Source: Paramecium tetraurelia (Eukaryota). Taken from it: a stretch of DNA of 64,000 nucleotides. Below, piece by piece: positions 1 through 14,092 of the stretch. Every line of letters starts with the position of its first letter. Positions within the stretch are counted from its first letter, which is position 1. The DNA lies in assembly GCA_000165425.1 (NCBI GenBank), contig CT868618.1, positions 265,827-329,826 of the forward strand, in the 5' to 3' direction. The notes beneath the pieces were generated by a model that was given only the letters and a program-made list of their open reading frames with translations, ran no database searches and was not told the origin of the DNA. The position numbers and the translations under genes are program-made.

Positions 1-107
1 GAGCTCATATGCAAAATGAATGGAAATGATATATATATATATTTATTCTTAATGCATCAATATTTTGGTATAGAAATTATATGATAACTATCAGTCCAGT
101 TTCAATT

Positions 108-3100
108 TCATATTGCTACGATAATTAGCATAAGTATAATTGATGTAAATAATAATTGAAATGAATCTTCATGTGGCGTTTCGTTAGTTACTTGTGTTGC
201 CACGCACTTTTCACATTTAAGAGTACTGGGATTCCACCTATATGTTGAATGACTCTTGATGTAACATCTACTCTCTGAAAGTTAATGTGGGAGTCCTACA
301 ACACACTCATTTTTAGATTTCTAAATACATACAGTAACCTAACTTTCATCAAAACTCAAGACAGGAGAACAATTAGGACTGTTCCTGCATTCTATTTTAG
401 TGCATTTTGTATTATTAGTATCATTATTTGTATTACTAGTTTATTCGTAAGTAAAATGACATACTTTGGATTTCTTGGAACAAGCCTTTAAACTGTTATT
501 AGCATCCTCGCATTAAGTCATTTTCGAACATTTCTATCCCTCGAAAACGCATATTCCATCGATTCCATCAGAATCACAAGAGGTTTCAGTAGTATATTCA
601 GAACAATTAAGTTTATTAAGACAACTGAAACCATTAGAAATGCAGCCAGATTATAATTTAGAGCAGGCTTCAGTTGTTGTCTCGATGTAATCTGTGCAAT
701 CTTTGGCTCGACACTATTTGGTACCTGAGGATTGCTTTAAGGGGATGGCAAATACACAAGGACCATCAGTACCTTCATAGCATTCTTATTCAGAATATGA
801 AGAGCAGAGCTTTTTATCAACACAATAGATTGTATTCGTAGTGCAATTTAACTTTGGGTTGAATGTGGAACAATATTGATAAGTCATGTAGGGGACTAGA
901 GGAATATCAACGCATTACTATAGTCTACAAACAGGAGGGGATTAAGATTCATTCCAAAAGCAAGGGCCATCTATTCCTGATGAATTGCAACCATATTTAG
1001 TCTTATATGATTGACAATTACCTATTTCAATGCAATTTTAACCGTCAGAAGTACAGGTATCCGAGTATTATTAACAGTTCTCTTTGGTGCTACCTAAAAT
1101 ATCAGAACACATTTGGAAGATCTAGCATTTTGGTTCTTAATTAAGTTATTCAATGACCCATCCACATTCACCATCTGTGCCCTTTTTACAACTTGTGGAA
1201 TTTGTATATTCAGAGCATTTTTAATATGAGATACAATTAATCCCATTGCTAGTACACTATTCAGAATATTGTTGACATTCTGATAGAGTAGTCTTTTTTA
1301 CATCAGAACACTACGAAAAAGTGACACAGGTTTGGGTGAGATTCATCCAAAGACATGATTTTCCTTAGTAATCTTGAGTACACTTAGTTTTGGTTAAGAG
1401 ATCCTCACAAGAATATTCTTTATAAGTACAACCTTTTCCTGAAGTTACACAATGTGGGGATATTTCATAGCAAAAAAGATCCTCATTGTATGAAGAAGGT
1501 GCATCCTTACAGTCTTTGTCTCTACAAACAAAGGGTTCATGAACACATTCTTTAGAATATCCAGAGGAGAGAGGATCGAGACATGCATGGTCAAGTTCCC
1601 AAACGCATTTTTTAGAATATCCCAAGGAGATAGCACTGAGACATGTTAGTTTATTTTAGTATTAGTTGCAATGACTAATCTCAATACATCCATTTCCTGT
1701 GGTTGTACAATTTTGGTTCAAAGCTTAGCATTCTTCATGTTGTTTCAATAGAACACTTGCATCTGAACAAATCCAATCTCTGCATGATTTTGTTTAGAAA
1801 TCCCAACTACATTTCATATTGGAATTCATTAAACATTAAGAATACTTTGTGATTTGCATACACACCTTAATGGTATTTAAGCATCCTTATATAAATTAGC
1901 AGTCAGGTCTTTCTTTACATAGTTATGAAGATGATATCATTTCACAAGTCCTATTATCAATACATCCATATCCTGTAGTCTTACATCCAGGTTTAAATTG
2001 ATTACATTTTTCATCTGTATTATAATTATTTGGTGCATCAAAGCATTATAATTATTTGCATTACTTCATAGTCTCATCAACTCCCTTACATGGTTTATCA
2101 ATAGCATCAAACAACATACAGGTTTTGACAGTTCCATAAAATTATGAACAATTTCGTTTGGTCAGACATTGAAATCCATCACTAACACATCCTTCCAAAA
2201 AGGAATTGCACTCTATAGTATTTGTACCCCTTGTGATATGACTACATTCCCTATCTATACAACTAGTGTTGTTAGATGCAGATGCAAAATTCCAACAAGG
2301 CTTTGTACCTTTTTCTCCTTTGAATTTGCTGCATTAGGCCTGAGTTCCATAATAACTAGAGCATGGTTTTGTATCTTCTATGCACCCACTTCCTTTGTTC
2401 ACACAACCTGGCAAGAATGTATTACAATCAGAATCATTAACTGCATCGAGATTGTCAGAACACTATCTATCTCTGCATACATGAATATCAACAAGACTAT
2501 CTGAATAACATAATCTTCCATTTCCCTTAAATTTAGAACATGTTTAAAGATTTCCAACATAACTTGAGCAGGGTTCCAAAGAAGAAATACAACCTTTGCC
2601 ATTGGTTACACAACCATCCAAATACGAATTACACTCAATGTCTGTAGTAGATTGCTAATCATGGAAACATTCTCTAACTGAGCATCTTGTAGTTAAATTC
2701 TATCCTCGACATTTCTTTTAATTGCCTACAAATCTCAAACAACTGGATTAAGTGCCTCTAAAAGTGTTACATGGTTATGTTGAATCTGTGCATCCTCTAC
2801 CACTAGTCACACATCCTTTTAAAAATTGATCACATTGAAGATCATTCAAGGCTGTCTAATTATCCGAGCATATTCTGGCTCTACATTACATACTATTATT
2901 GTTTGGATCCTAGAAACAAGTCTCACCACTTAGAGTAGTCACATTGAGACATTATTCACTGCTAAATCCAAAGTATTGTGAGCAATAATTCTAAATAGTG
3001 ATGCATTTGATCCCATCATATGTACAATTTGGAGTCTACTTGTTATTTACAGTTTTGACAATATATTTTTCACATATGTCTAAACTATAAGTATGTTATA

Positions 3101-6100
3101 GATTTGAACATTCCTTTAATATACAATTGTTGTCCAATCCAGAAGTATTTCTGATATTATACCAACATTAATTATTGCTTGCATCAGTCAATCCCTAACA
3201 AACCTAATTAGATCCTAAATAATTATTGCAACTCGCCCTTTCTGAAATACATCTCGTACCATTGAATCTACAAGTAGCTAAATGTTTTTAACAATTTTCT
3301 GGTGAAGGATCTTAGATCTCGTTCTCGCATGATGCATTAACACAAATTGAACTCTAACCCTGATACCAACAATACTAATTGGTTTTTGTTGTGACAACTG
3401 TACATGCTTCCTTAGAAAATCCAATATATTGTATGCAAGTATCTTTTGCATCTTAACATCTGAATCCATTATATCTACAAGTACTCAAATGCTCCTGACA
3501 TATCTCTGCTGAATAGAATTGTAGATTGTCTGAACAACTGCGATCTGCACAAGTCGAACTTTATTCCGTGTACCAACATTTTTCCTTCTTTTTATTCGTG
3601 ACTTCCTTACAACCACTTGCATTAAAACTAACATAATCACTGCATTTATCTTTTTCATCAACGCACTTTTTATCACCATTAAATCTGCATGTCTCTAAAT
3701 GACTTCTACAGTTCTCATCCGAAGGAGTTGTAATATTATCCGAGCATTCTCTAATTTTACATTTTTTATTTTCAGAACTCCACCAACAACCAGGTATTAA
3801 TTTACACTCACTGTCACTCACAATTTTAGGATCATAATCACTACAATTATTCAACTTCTTAATACACTTAGATCCAGTAAAAATACAACTAGAATCATGA
3901 GCTTAACAAATCTCATTTGAATACTCGTTCAATACTTCTAAACATGTTCTATCCTTACATTTCCTATTCTAATCAGACCAACAACCCTTTCCTGTCTTGT
4001 CTTTTGCATCTTGACATCCCTATTCAGAAAAATCGCTATAATTTGAACAACTATCCCACTCTACACACTTACCATCTCCATTGAAAATACAGTTTTTTCT
4101 ATAAGATGTGCAATCCTATTATGATTTAACATTTTGCGCATCTTTGCATTTACGATTGGTGCAATATTAATCATTGTCACCATAGATGCATTAGTCCCTA
4201 TCTACATTAACCAATATTTAGCATTATTCTTATGAGTATCCATAATAATAATCACAACTATCTTGTTTTTCAATGCATTTTCCACCATCAAAAGCACAAA
4301 TAGATAGATATTCCTCGCATTCTTTCAATGACAAAGGGTTTTATACATCTGAACACTTACGATCTTCACAATAGTCTATCCTTACACATAGTAATCCATT
4401 TCCCCTATATTTAGAACATGTATCCTCATCCCCTTCATAAGTATTACAAGTCTCAACTGCATCTTGACATCCCTTCCCATTGAATACACACCCATACAAG
4501 AACTTATCACATTCCTAATCATTCTATGCATCAGTGTTATGAGTGCATTATTTATCCACACATTAACCTGAAAATCCTTAATCATACCAACATTTCTTTC
4601 CATTTCCAACAAATTTAGAGCAAGCATCTATTGAATTTCCTGAATATTACGTGCATGGAGCTGTTGATGCTATACATCCCAATCCCTTAGTTACACATCC
4701 AGATTTAAACAAATTACATTCGTAATCTTCCAATGCCACTGAATTGTCATAGCATTCCAGAGGTCTACATTTCCCTGATTCTCCAAGATTTTGTGAACAT
4801 TTGCTATTCAATGCATAACACTATTAGGAATTTCCATAAAATTCTCCACATTCTGCATTTTCATTCACACAACCTTATGATCCTGTGAATTTGCATCCTT
4901 CCATTGTATCATCACACTCTTTTTAAGTACTAGCTGATTTGTTATCTTAACATATTTTAGATCGACACTTTTAAGTCGCTGAATAATAAAGACATGGCAC
5001 TTTACCATTACTACCCTTATAATAAGTACATGTATCTTCATCCCCAACGTATTCTTCACATGGAGCTGACACATCCACACATCCTTAACCATTAAAGATA
5101 CATTAGGGGTAAAAATAATTAACAATCCTTATTAGATCTATATTGCTAACCAGCATGTTTGCATTTTTTATCAGCACAACCTGAACCTTCCCAAAAACAT
5201 TCGACATTTGATGAATGTCCAAGACATGTTCCCTTGGTAAGGAAAAACCTACATTCATTAGTCACACATTATTCTGCCCACTAACATTTATCACTTGCCA
5301 AACAAGTCACCTATTATTATGTATTTGGACAAGTATCAGCCGTGACACATTTAGTACCATTAGTCAAACAATAAGACTGAACACTCTTGCACTCTTAATT
5401 TGTTTTGAATTCTGCATTCTCACAAACATTCAATGCACAGTATCCATTTTCACCTATTTTACATTTGCCCTCTGTTCCTCTGTACTTATTGCACTTTTCA
5501 GCATCCCCTTTATATTTATTACAACTGATCAAAAATGACGTACATTCAACACCATTAGAAATACAATTAAATTGATATTACCCACACTCGCTGTCTGTTG
5601 AAAATTGGCCATCAGAACAAATCCTAGCCTTACATTATTGGGACTCCTCTGTATTTTAAGCTGTGCATCTCCCATCTGCTCCTATTCTTCTTTCACATTC
5701 ATTTTTAGTGCCTGTATATGAATTACAATTCAATAGAATAGCCACACAACCAATCCCTGTAGTTTTGCATTTAGAAGAATAAGACTTACAATTCTTCATC
5801 TGTAGAATATTATTTTGGTGCACTTTCACACCTCCTAGCTTAGCACTTACCCTTCAAACCTTCTTCACACTTACCACTACTCCCTATATATTTCAAACAC
5901 TATTCTCCATCCCCTGTATAAGTATTACATGATTTCAATGCTTAATCCGTACATCCAATACCTGTTGTTCTGCATCCTTTTCTAAAAGACTAGCATTATT
6001 GATCAGCATAATATGTCAATGGGGCATTTGCACAATCCTTAGATTAGCATTTATCACCTTTTTATTCACATAAGCCATCACTCCCAATCATACCATCACA

Positions 6101-6700
6101 ATTTTTATCATAATAATAACAATTCCCCCTTTTGTCTACACATCCTCTCCCATTAGTTACACATCCTTTTATAAAGGAATCGCAAGCATCATCAGTAATC
6201 AGCAACTAAGATGCTTCATTACATGTTTAATCTCTGCACACTTTGTCTTCCCAAACACATTTCCTTGAGCCGGAGGAACTTATTACTGTACTACACAATT
6301 GTTCCTATTCATTTTTAAAGCATTCTCTTGGTTTTATACATTGAATTCCATCACTTGTACATTGTGTACTAATTAATTAGCATTCATTATGAGTAGTATA
6401 AACATAGCTAGTGCAACCACTAAAATGAATACAATTCTAGTTGTAGTAAGCACACCCTATTTTGTTACTACAATCCTCTTAAGTTCGGCCTTTGCAATAA
6501 ATGCTCTCTGGTTTAGTCGAAATCGCTTACTCTTCTGGCTTCTCTTAACAGCTCTTATTCAACCATGAACATTTCGTGTTTTATTAGCAGTCATTTTAAG
6601 ACAATAAATTTTAACATTTGCAGGCTTCTGATACCTTGATTTGACAGTGAGTTGATACCAAGAAACCAAATAAGACTAAATGATACAAACTAGTGCTCAT
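108..6700 (-). CDS. Cys-periodic GPI-anchored surface antigen-like protein (~2196 aa if two +1 frameshifts are corrected)
   Basis: Code 6 gives a signal peptide (MSTSLYHLVLFGFLVSTHC), many periodic Cys repeats (C..TTG.GC, C.FNG..C, C.W...C) and a hydrophobic GPI-type tail (DSFQLLFTSIILMLIIVAI*). The reading frame shifts by one base at ~5790 and again at ~5106-5109. Confidence 0.85.
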
Positions 6701-7892
6701 TCTATTTAATTTAATAATTATTAAGCTAAGAACTTTAAGAATCTGAGTGTCAAAAAGATCTCCCTTTTACATTTAGGATAACCTTAATATAAATCGTCAA
6801 AATTAACTAATCTTGTTTATCTAAAAGAGCTAAGTATATATAATGTATTTTTATATCATCAATCCCAATACAGTTTTTAATAGATGGATTTAACTAGTTG
6901 TATATTTATAAGCAAAAGATTTTTTATGTAATCCATAAATTGTTGTTTTCTTTATAGATTTACAAAAAGCAATATATTAAATTTTTATATGAAAATTTTG
7001 GATTTAATTAAGTACTTAACTTATTTGAATTACCAAATTCAAATAATTATAATAGTAGGTTTATGTAATGAATGATTTAAGTTTAGAATTCTTTCATCAT
7101 CTCCCCTTTAGATATTATTCATAAATCATCCCTTAATGTCATATGTAATGCTAGTATTAATAGGATTTTTATGAAACCACCTTGATTATCTTCTAAACTT
7201 TATAGATTTATATATGAATTAAATTTACTCTTTTGATGTAACAATCCATTATGAAAAATGGATGAATATTTCTAAATATCATACAGGGATTTAACTATTT
7301 GCTTTTGTAATATGCATCAACTCAATGCCTGTTCCATCTATATGAGACTAGAGGGATAGATTTTTCATGTGTATCTATACTATTGATATAGAATTAGAAT
7401 AAAAGTGTATCAAATTAGCAACTTTTTTAATATATGTTAGATGAAGTATAAATAATTATTGTATTTGCTATTGTAGATAACTACTTATGTTGTGATTGCA
7501 TAGATTTTAACTCAAAAAAAATAAAGTTAATTCATTATACTAAATGTAGATTCGATTTTTCAATAACAAATCAAGAGTATTTCTTTAGTAAGATAAGTTA
7601 GTAAGGAAATTTATATGGTAATCTTCAAAATTTAAGCAATGATTATATTATTTCTCGTTTCAGTAGTTTTAGGATAATTATCAATCTTTTAAAATACATC
7701 ATCAATGGATTCAATTAAAGTGGTTATAGTAATTAAAATTGATGAAATGAATAAAAATTGAATGATGAAGTAATTAAAATGATGAAGTTTAAACAGTTAA
7801 TTGGATAGATGACAATATATTTTTTGAGAAATTGAGTAATTTGTATTAGAGAATAGAAATTGGTTTATATATTAATAAATTCCCAAAATATT

Positions 7893-9134
7893 ATGTTGGG
7901 AAATTTGGATGTAAAAATATGCAGAACAACTACTAGCCAGTTGTCTGCATAGGATCTCGACGAGACCTACATCATCTAACGGCCTGTAGGATAGGGAAAA
8001 TATGGGTGATTCAATTCTCTATTAAGTAGATAGGTCTTTAGGGCTTAAAACAAATTGAACAAGTAGATTGTTGCCTTAAAAAAAATAAAATAAGAGAAAG
8101 AGGCCAATGGAGTAAGACCTATTTAAATCAATAGTTTCCGCGAACGGCAATGAGAGAAATTCATCTGCTTTCATCAATAAAGCATCAAAATATAGTGAGT
8201 TTTCAAGAAGTCGTCGTATAATCTAGTAAGGATAAAGCAGTAATTATGGTAGAGAACACATATTTAGTACTGGAATACATGGACACGGACCTGCATAATC
8301 TGTTATAGAGACGAATAGTTTTTAGTTTAGATCAAGTTCGATATTTGATGTATCAAATACTTGAAGCACTTTCTTATCTGCATTCCAGGAATGTGTACCA
8401 TAGGGATTTGAAGCGTAAGTCCACAACAATATTTTAAAGCCAATAACATACTCTACAACGTCAAGGGATAAGTAAAGATCTGCGATTTTGGAATGGCCAA
8501 TGAATATTCAAAAAAGAGACCATAAACCAAGCGGATATTGGTTCCCCAATACAGAGCTCCTGAAATCTACCTAGGCGGTGTATTTTGCTTCGTATTTAAC
8601 AAGAATAGTAGTACGATTGTTCGGTTGATGTGTGGTCAGCTGGCATCCTCTTTCTTGAGCTAATAGTAAAACCAAGTCCCTTTGTGTTGGCAAAATCGGA
8701 ATCTCAATGCTTTTCAAAAATAATCGATCTTTGTGGAACTCCTACGGAAGGTTTGAATTTTATTTTTTCTTTTATGGTGATTGGTCAGATGTGAGTTCAC
8801 TTCCCCTTTACCATGAATTAATTAATGAACCGAAGGAAAGGACATTACGCAAGTACTTGCACGCTCAATAAAATGCCATGCCTCAACTCATCGATCTTAT
8901 TGATAAAATGCTGACTCTGAATCCAGCAAAGAGGATTACTGCCAAAGAAGCATTGAAACACTAATACTTCCAAACCAGAATCTTTGTCATGTGATTTATT
9001 ATATCCCTTAAGGCAGGATGCCCGTAATCGAATAGGATGCACAGCCACCAAAGGACCCTCCCATTCAAAAGAAGGTTAAACAGGAGCAACAAAAACCTTT
9101 ATTACAGGGTATCAAAATTAATAAATGTATGTGA
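7893..9134 (+). CDS. Cyclin-dependent kinase-like Ser/Thr kinase (CDK9/12/13-like)
   Basis: Motifs [21 protein letters not shown] (PITALRE-like), HRDLK, DFG, YRAPE, DVWSAG, GTPTE. Several ~23-26 nt introns. The last exon is inferred. Confidence 0.88.
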
Positions 9135-9189
9135 TTATATATTATATCTATATAAATATTAAGTATTAAGGATTTTATTTAATTATTAT

Positions 9190-9611
9190 CATATACTATT
9201 ATTGTTGCTGTTTTTCACTAAATATTATTAATTAAAAAAAAGATATTTTCTTCAAAAATCACTGATTGGTGTTGTAACAAATTCCAGCTTTATTCAGCAA
9301 TAGTAATGTAAGTGCTCTAATCTGGAGAGAGATTAACCGGTTTCTCGTCTTCATACGAAAATTCTTTAATAATTTTGGTTCTATTACTACTTATTCAGAT
9401 TAATTACTATATTTGCAAAGCATTTAAATATATCCTCTTTGGTTTATACTGATCAATCCTGTTAAATAGTACTAATACCTTTCATTAATTAAACTTGATT
9501 GAAGACACATTTTTAATTCATAAGATCAGCTTTAATTTGAACCCAATTTTGTTCTAAGATTTCTCAACAACTCTAATATATACCTCCCTAGTTTCTAAAA
9601 TCTCTAATCAT
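9190..9611 (-). CDS. Possible small hypothetical protein (boundaries uncertain)
   Basis: ATG near 9611, two intron-like GT..AG segments and TGA-free stretches in code 6. The frame of the last exon is ambiguous. Confidence 0.3.
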
Positions 9612-10016
9612 CAATTAAATACTTCAAAAAAAATATTTCAGCTGATTAATGATTAAACAATTCTTCTTTCCTTTTTTTTAGCAATGTATCTTGATTTTTT
9701 TAGTGAATAAACAGCCTCGTATTTCAAATAAAGATAATCTTACCTAACAAATAAATCTATTGATAGACTTACTAATACTTTGATAAAAGTCTTAGTGTGT
9801 TTTTGATCTTGTTCAAAGTAATACTTTACATAACTGATATTCAACCAGAGATATCCGAGACAAAAATATTTATTCCCAATACATCTGTTTAGATTATCAG
9901 GATTTTAATAATATAATTCTAATTGGTTTTATATTGCAAAGTAGGAAATTTGACTAATATCTTTGTAAATTCAACTTAATAAATGCTTTTAAGGATAGTT
10001 ACATGAGTTTGTGATC

Positions 10017-12973
10017 ATGATTTCAAGTCATTTTCAAGAATACATTTCAATTTCACATGGAGTACAACTCTCATCTTCATAAATGGCTAATAATCTAGTA
10101 TTTGAAATGTTGAAGTACTTTCGAACTGTACTGTTTTATGAATAAAATTTTGTAATCATTTTATAAATGAAATAATTTGGAATAAATTTGCTAACAATCG
10201 TTACTCTGATAAATCCATCCTTCTCCATCTACCAGAATTTACTACTTGCAATCAGTATCTGTATTATGCTATTTAACCAATACTTACGTTACCATCAATA
10301 TTTCAACATCAAAAAATTAGCTCATGTAATGATATACTTAAAATGGATTACGATGTATGCCTAGCTATCTCAAAGTTGCACATAATAGCAAATATGTGCT
10401 CAACTCATTTTGCTCACAGAACTTGACTTGTTTGTTAAGACAATCATTGGGATTGGATCTTCAATCAATTCTATCCTACAACCAAATATTTATGGGTTTT
10501 ACATTACGATTCCATATATGATAGTGATTTTAAGTGTTATTTTCTATGATTATTGGAAACACCTTCAGAAAAATGAAAATAGCAGTACTTAACAGCAAAA
10601 AGCTAAGTTTATCAATTCTAAATAATTGTCAAATTAGTTTGATTAATAGTCTTCTAAAGTCCAAATCCAAGGTAATTGTTTAAAGTCTCCTGGCTTAGAA
10701 GGTCCTGATCAATAAAATAGTCCAATGATTTTGGATATGCAATGTAATGAAGAAGAGGATGTTCTTGCTCACATGTAAAAATTGGACATCTATAATCTAG
10801 GGCATGGATTCACAATCAATCTATACTAGTCTATAATCAAAATTTCGAAATCACATACCAAAACTTCTACTTAGGGAAACTTACGAATCCGTAGTGTTCA
10901 GGAGTCAATTAAAATTATGATTATGAGCAAATCTTTCTAGAATGCGTAATAGAAATAGGAAGTAGAGAAGTCAACGAGTTATTTGGGAATTCAGAAGTAG
11001 ACTTGGATTAAGAAGAGTACAATAACCTTTTTATAAATAATAGCTCCTTGGTATTAGACAGCACTGTACACAGTAGATATAAAATCAAAGGTGGATTGTA
11101 AAAAATAAGATAAATGGTCTCGGCTTTATTTAACAATTATTAAAAGTATGAATATAAATATATTATAGATGGAAATTCTTTACCTTTACACTTTTCAAAA
11201 TAAAAAGCAATGAACTTGACTTTAAGAATATTGGTATAAAAGTGCTAGTCACTGAAGTGAAATCAAAGCTGTATACTCTGTTCATGTTTGAAACAGTGCA
11301 AAAAGAGAATTCAAAAGGAGTATTAGATGAACCGGTTTAATTTTTAAATGTTTTCTAAACTTTTCTTTCTGAATCCAACAATTACATTAATGCTATTCAT
11401 TTATTACTTCTATTATGCTCTCACGATCACGAAAAGAACTCAGGTAAAATTTCTAAAGAATACCTAAAACAAATGAGAATGAGCACTTAAAAACTTATGA
11501 TTTTTTTGGGAACCATGAAAGACCTCTCTCTTCAACTCACAAATCAATTGACTTTTAGAAACTCAACCTTCAAACTCACCGATTTATTAGATGAACTCCA
11601 ACTCATATACGAGGATTGTTTAAAAATTAAGGAGATCTCAATCATTCAGATAATCGAAAATGATATGATAGTTTTCAATGATTAAGATCGAGTAAACTAT
11701 ATAATCCTATTTAGACTAAACAAATTCTAAAATGTCTATTCGAAATAGCTATCAAATTTACTGTTGCCTCGAAAATCAGAATTGATATTCATTAGGTATC
11801 ACCAAATAATTATCAATTTTAAATCAAAGACATTCCATTTAGAGAAGAAAGCTTAAAGTCTCAATATCAAACAGTTCTTAAGAACACAGCATAATTAATG
11901 AAAACTAATTGCAAAGATTTTGACATGAGCAATCTTTTGGAATTGTAAGCGGCAGCAATTCTAGCCTTCTCTCTTTCTGGATCTCTCAGAAAACCATTAG
12001 AAATAAGCTTTGATAACCAACTTTAAGGCACTTTCACTTTTACTGTTGAATCACTTCCAATAAACGGTAAACATGGTAATCACAATCAATAAATCAAACC
12101 TAAGCGTGCCTTTGAAACATCACTCTCTATGTTATTAGCATAGGCATAAGACAGTTCTCATTATAAGTATGAAGAATCAAAATACATGTCTTTTACTTAG
12201 ATATCAAAATAATATTCACTCAAACCAGATGTCCCATTTGATTTACAGAGTGCTCATTTTTCGCAAATATCCAAAATCAAATAAGAGTCTCCCCAAATCA
12301 AACCTCTAGGTTCTTAAGCTTAAATCAATTCTGGTGGAACCAATAAAGTGCAGGATTCCCTGTTTCCGAAAAGCTTAAACAATTAGAATCCTTCAAAAGC
12401 GATCAAAAGTGATTCTGCAATCAATGAATCTTCCAAACCTATGACGAGTGCTTTGGATTTTGGAGAAAGTACGAATCCAAATATTGATCTCCAGGAATTG
12501 AGTCCAAAGTTTTTACATTCTGTAATAAAGTTCAAATTAACTAATTAATGTTGTTCAAAAGTCATAATTGCAGATAACGATTATCTGAATGTTTAAGTAC
12601 TCTAAATACTACTCAATAAATATGAGGTTAAATCTGATAAAGCATTTACACAGCAACAGACTCTTTAGTTAATAAGAAGTAAGTCACTCAATCCATGCAG
12701 ATGCAAAAATGGGGCTTATTTAATTTACTTTATTGGATGTCTCCTTGCCGGTATGTATTTCCACATATATAGCAATCAGCAGTGGATTTGATCAAAGAAA
12801 TCAAATAACTTTTTAAATCTTTGTTAGTAGACAAGGGCTTCATCATTGCCATGGCTAGTTATAGCGATATGGATTTGAAATTGAGTTGTTTCAACTCTGG
12901 AATCGATTATTTCATTACAAAACCTTTTGATTTATTTGAATTAACTGCAATTCTTTAATATATATAGTTTTGA
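10017..12973 (+). CDS. Degenerate membrane hybrid histidine kinase-like protein (TM region, PAS-like segment, HisKA/HATPase-like core, receiver)
   Basis: Hydrophobic N-terminal segments; H-box equivalent FLSESNNYINAI; N-box equivalent DQDRVKQILKCLFEIAIKFT; receiver VIIADNDYLN...GIDYFITKPFD. Introns at 10775-10800, ~11147, ~11691 and 12751. One +1 shift near 12735. The 5' end may extend to ATG 9684. Confidence 0.75.
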
Positions 12974-13041
12974 TCAAACCTAATTTATATTAAGTAGCAT
13001 AATATTAATTTTCTATTATATATTCACTTATAAAAGTCTAA

Positions 13042-14045
13042 ATGTATAAGGACCTTGATATCAATGAATTGGAGAAGCTGAAAAAGGAGGAGGCAATGCT
13101 TTCCCTTAGAAAAGCCACGACTAATATAAAGGTGAGTCATAGATTTTCTATTCAAAGGAACGATTTGGATAATCCAACTAGGACATATTGGAGGAAGAAT
13201 TTAAGTAGAAAACAGTTGGTTTGGTAACGAGGGAGGAATTCAAAAGGAAGAGAGAAAACATAGACAGAATTTATGTTTAAGATCTTTAAAAAAAATAAGA
13301 GGAAGAAGAAAAAAAGAAATTGGAGCTAAAATAAAAAAGAAAGTAGGAATATAAATTGAAAACAGCCTTGTTGAGCTTCGAATCAGAATAATAAGAACTC
13401 TATGATAAGAAAAATTATGGGAAAGATAGCAGCGTTGATACATTATATCTTCCAGACATGAATCGAGAAAAAAAGATAGAAGAGCTCACTAAAAGATTCA
13501 CTGGTATAATTCCTTAAATTGATTAGTCGTTAGAAGAATATTAGAAAAATATGGAATTGCAAAGGGATTAACTAATTGATATTAAATTTTAATATTGGGA
13601 TGCATAAACCTTTACAAGAACTCTAAGAATCACAAAAAAGATTACCATCAAAGAATTTCTGGAATTAGCAAGAAGAGAGATTATTAGAGACTTCGGATTT
13701 GTACGATTTATTAGTTAGATTATTTAGTTGACTGAGTTTAGTCCTGATGACTTACTATTTGTAGCCAACACAATGATTTTGCCTCATAAACTGAGTTTTC
13801 ACGATATAATTGCTTATAAGGTTAAGAATAGATCTGGAAAGCCTATATTCTCATTTGAATAGAGGAAGGTATCCTAAATTTGATTTATTTGATTTTTTTA
13901 GGTTTAAGCTAAAGGTTAGGAATACGAAGTTGAGGTTGAAAATTCAACTACTTGCAGGATTATCGAAAAATTTAGGTATGAAAAAATCAAGCACATCTAT
14001 CCGTGTTCTAAATGGGAAGTTGTTGATATTAATAAGTACTAATGA
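13042..14045 (+). CDS. FAM50: XAP5/FAM50 family nuclear protein
   Basis: KTVGLVTREEF, IKFQYWDA, LLFVANTMILPH, KHIYPCSKWE match XAP5 family motifs. Short introns present. Confidence 0.88.
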
Positions 14046-14092
14046 AAACTTTTGATGAGTTATTATTAAATTTAACGAATAAATTTTTCATA

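Noticed and set aside
5100..5795. Euplotes-type programmed +1 frameshifting
   Set aside because: That mechanism relies on TAA/TAG being stop codons (AAA-TAR sites). Here they encode Gln and the sites do not match.
12730..12750. Apparent Asp-to-Gly loss in the receiver domain (FIGCLLA)
   Set aside because: Intron phase and the downstream frame show a one-base shift; the corrected reading is DVSLP with Asp present.
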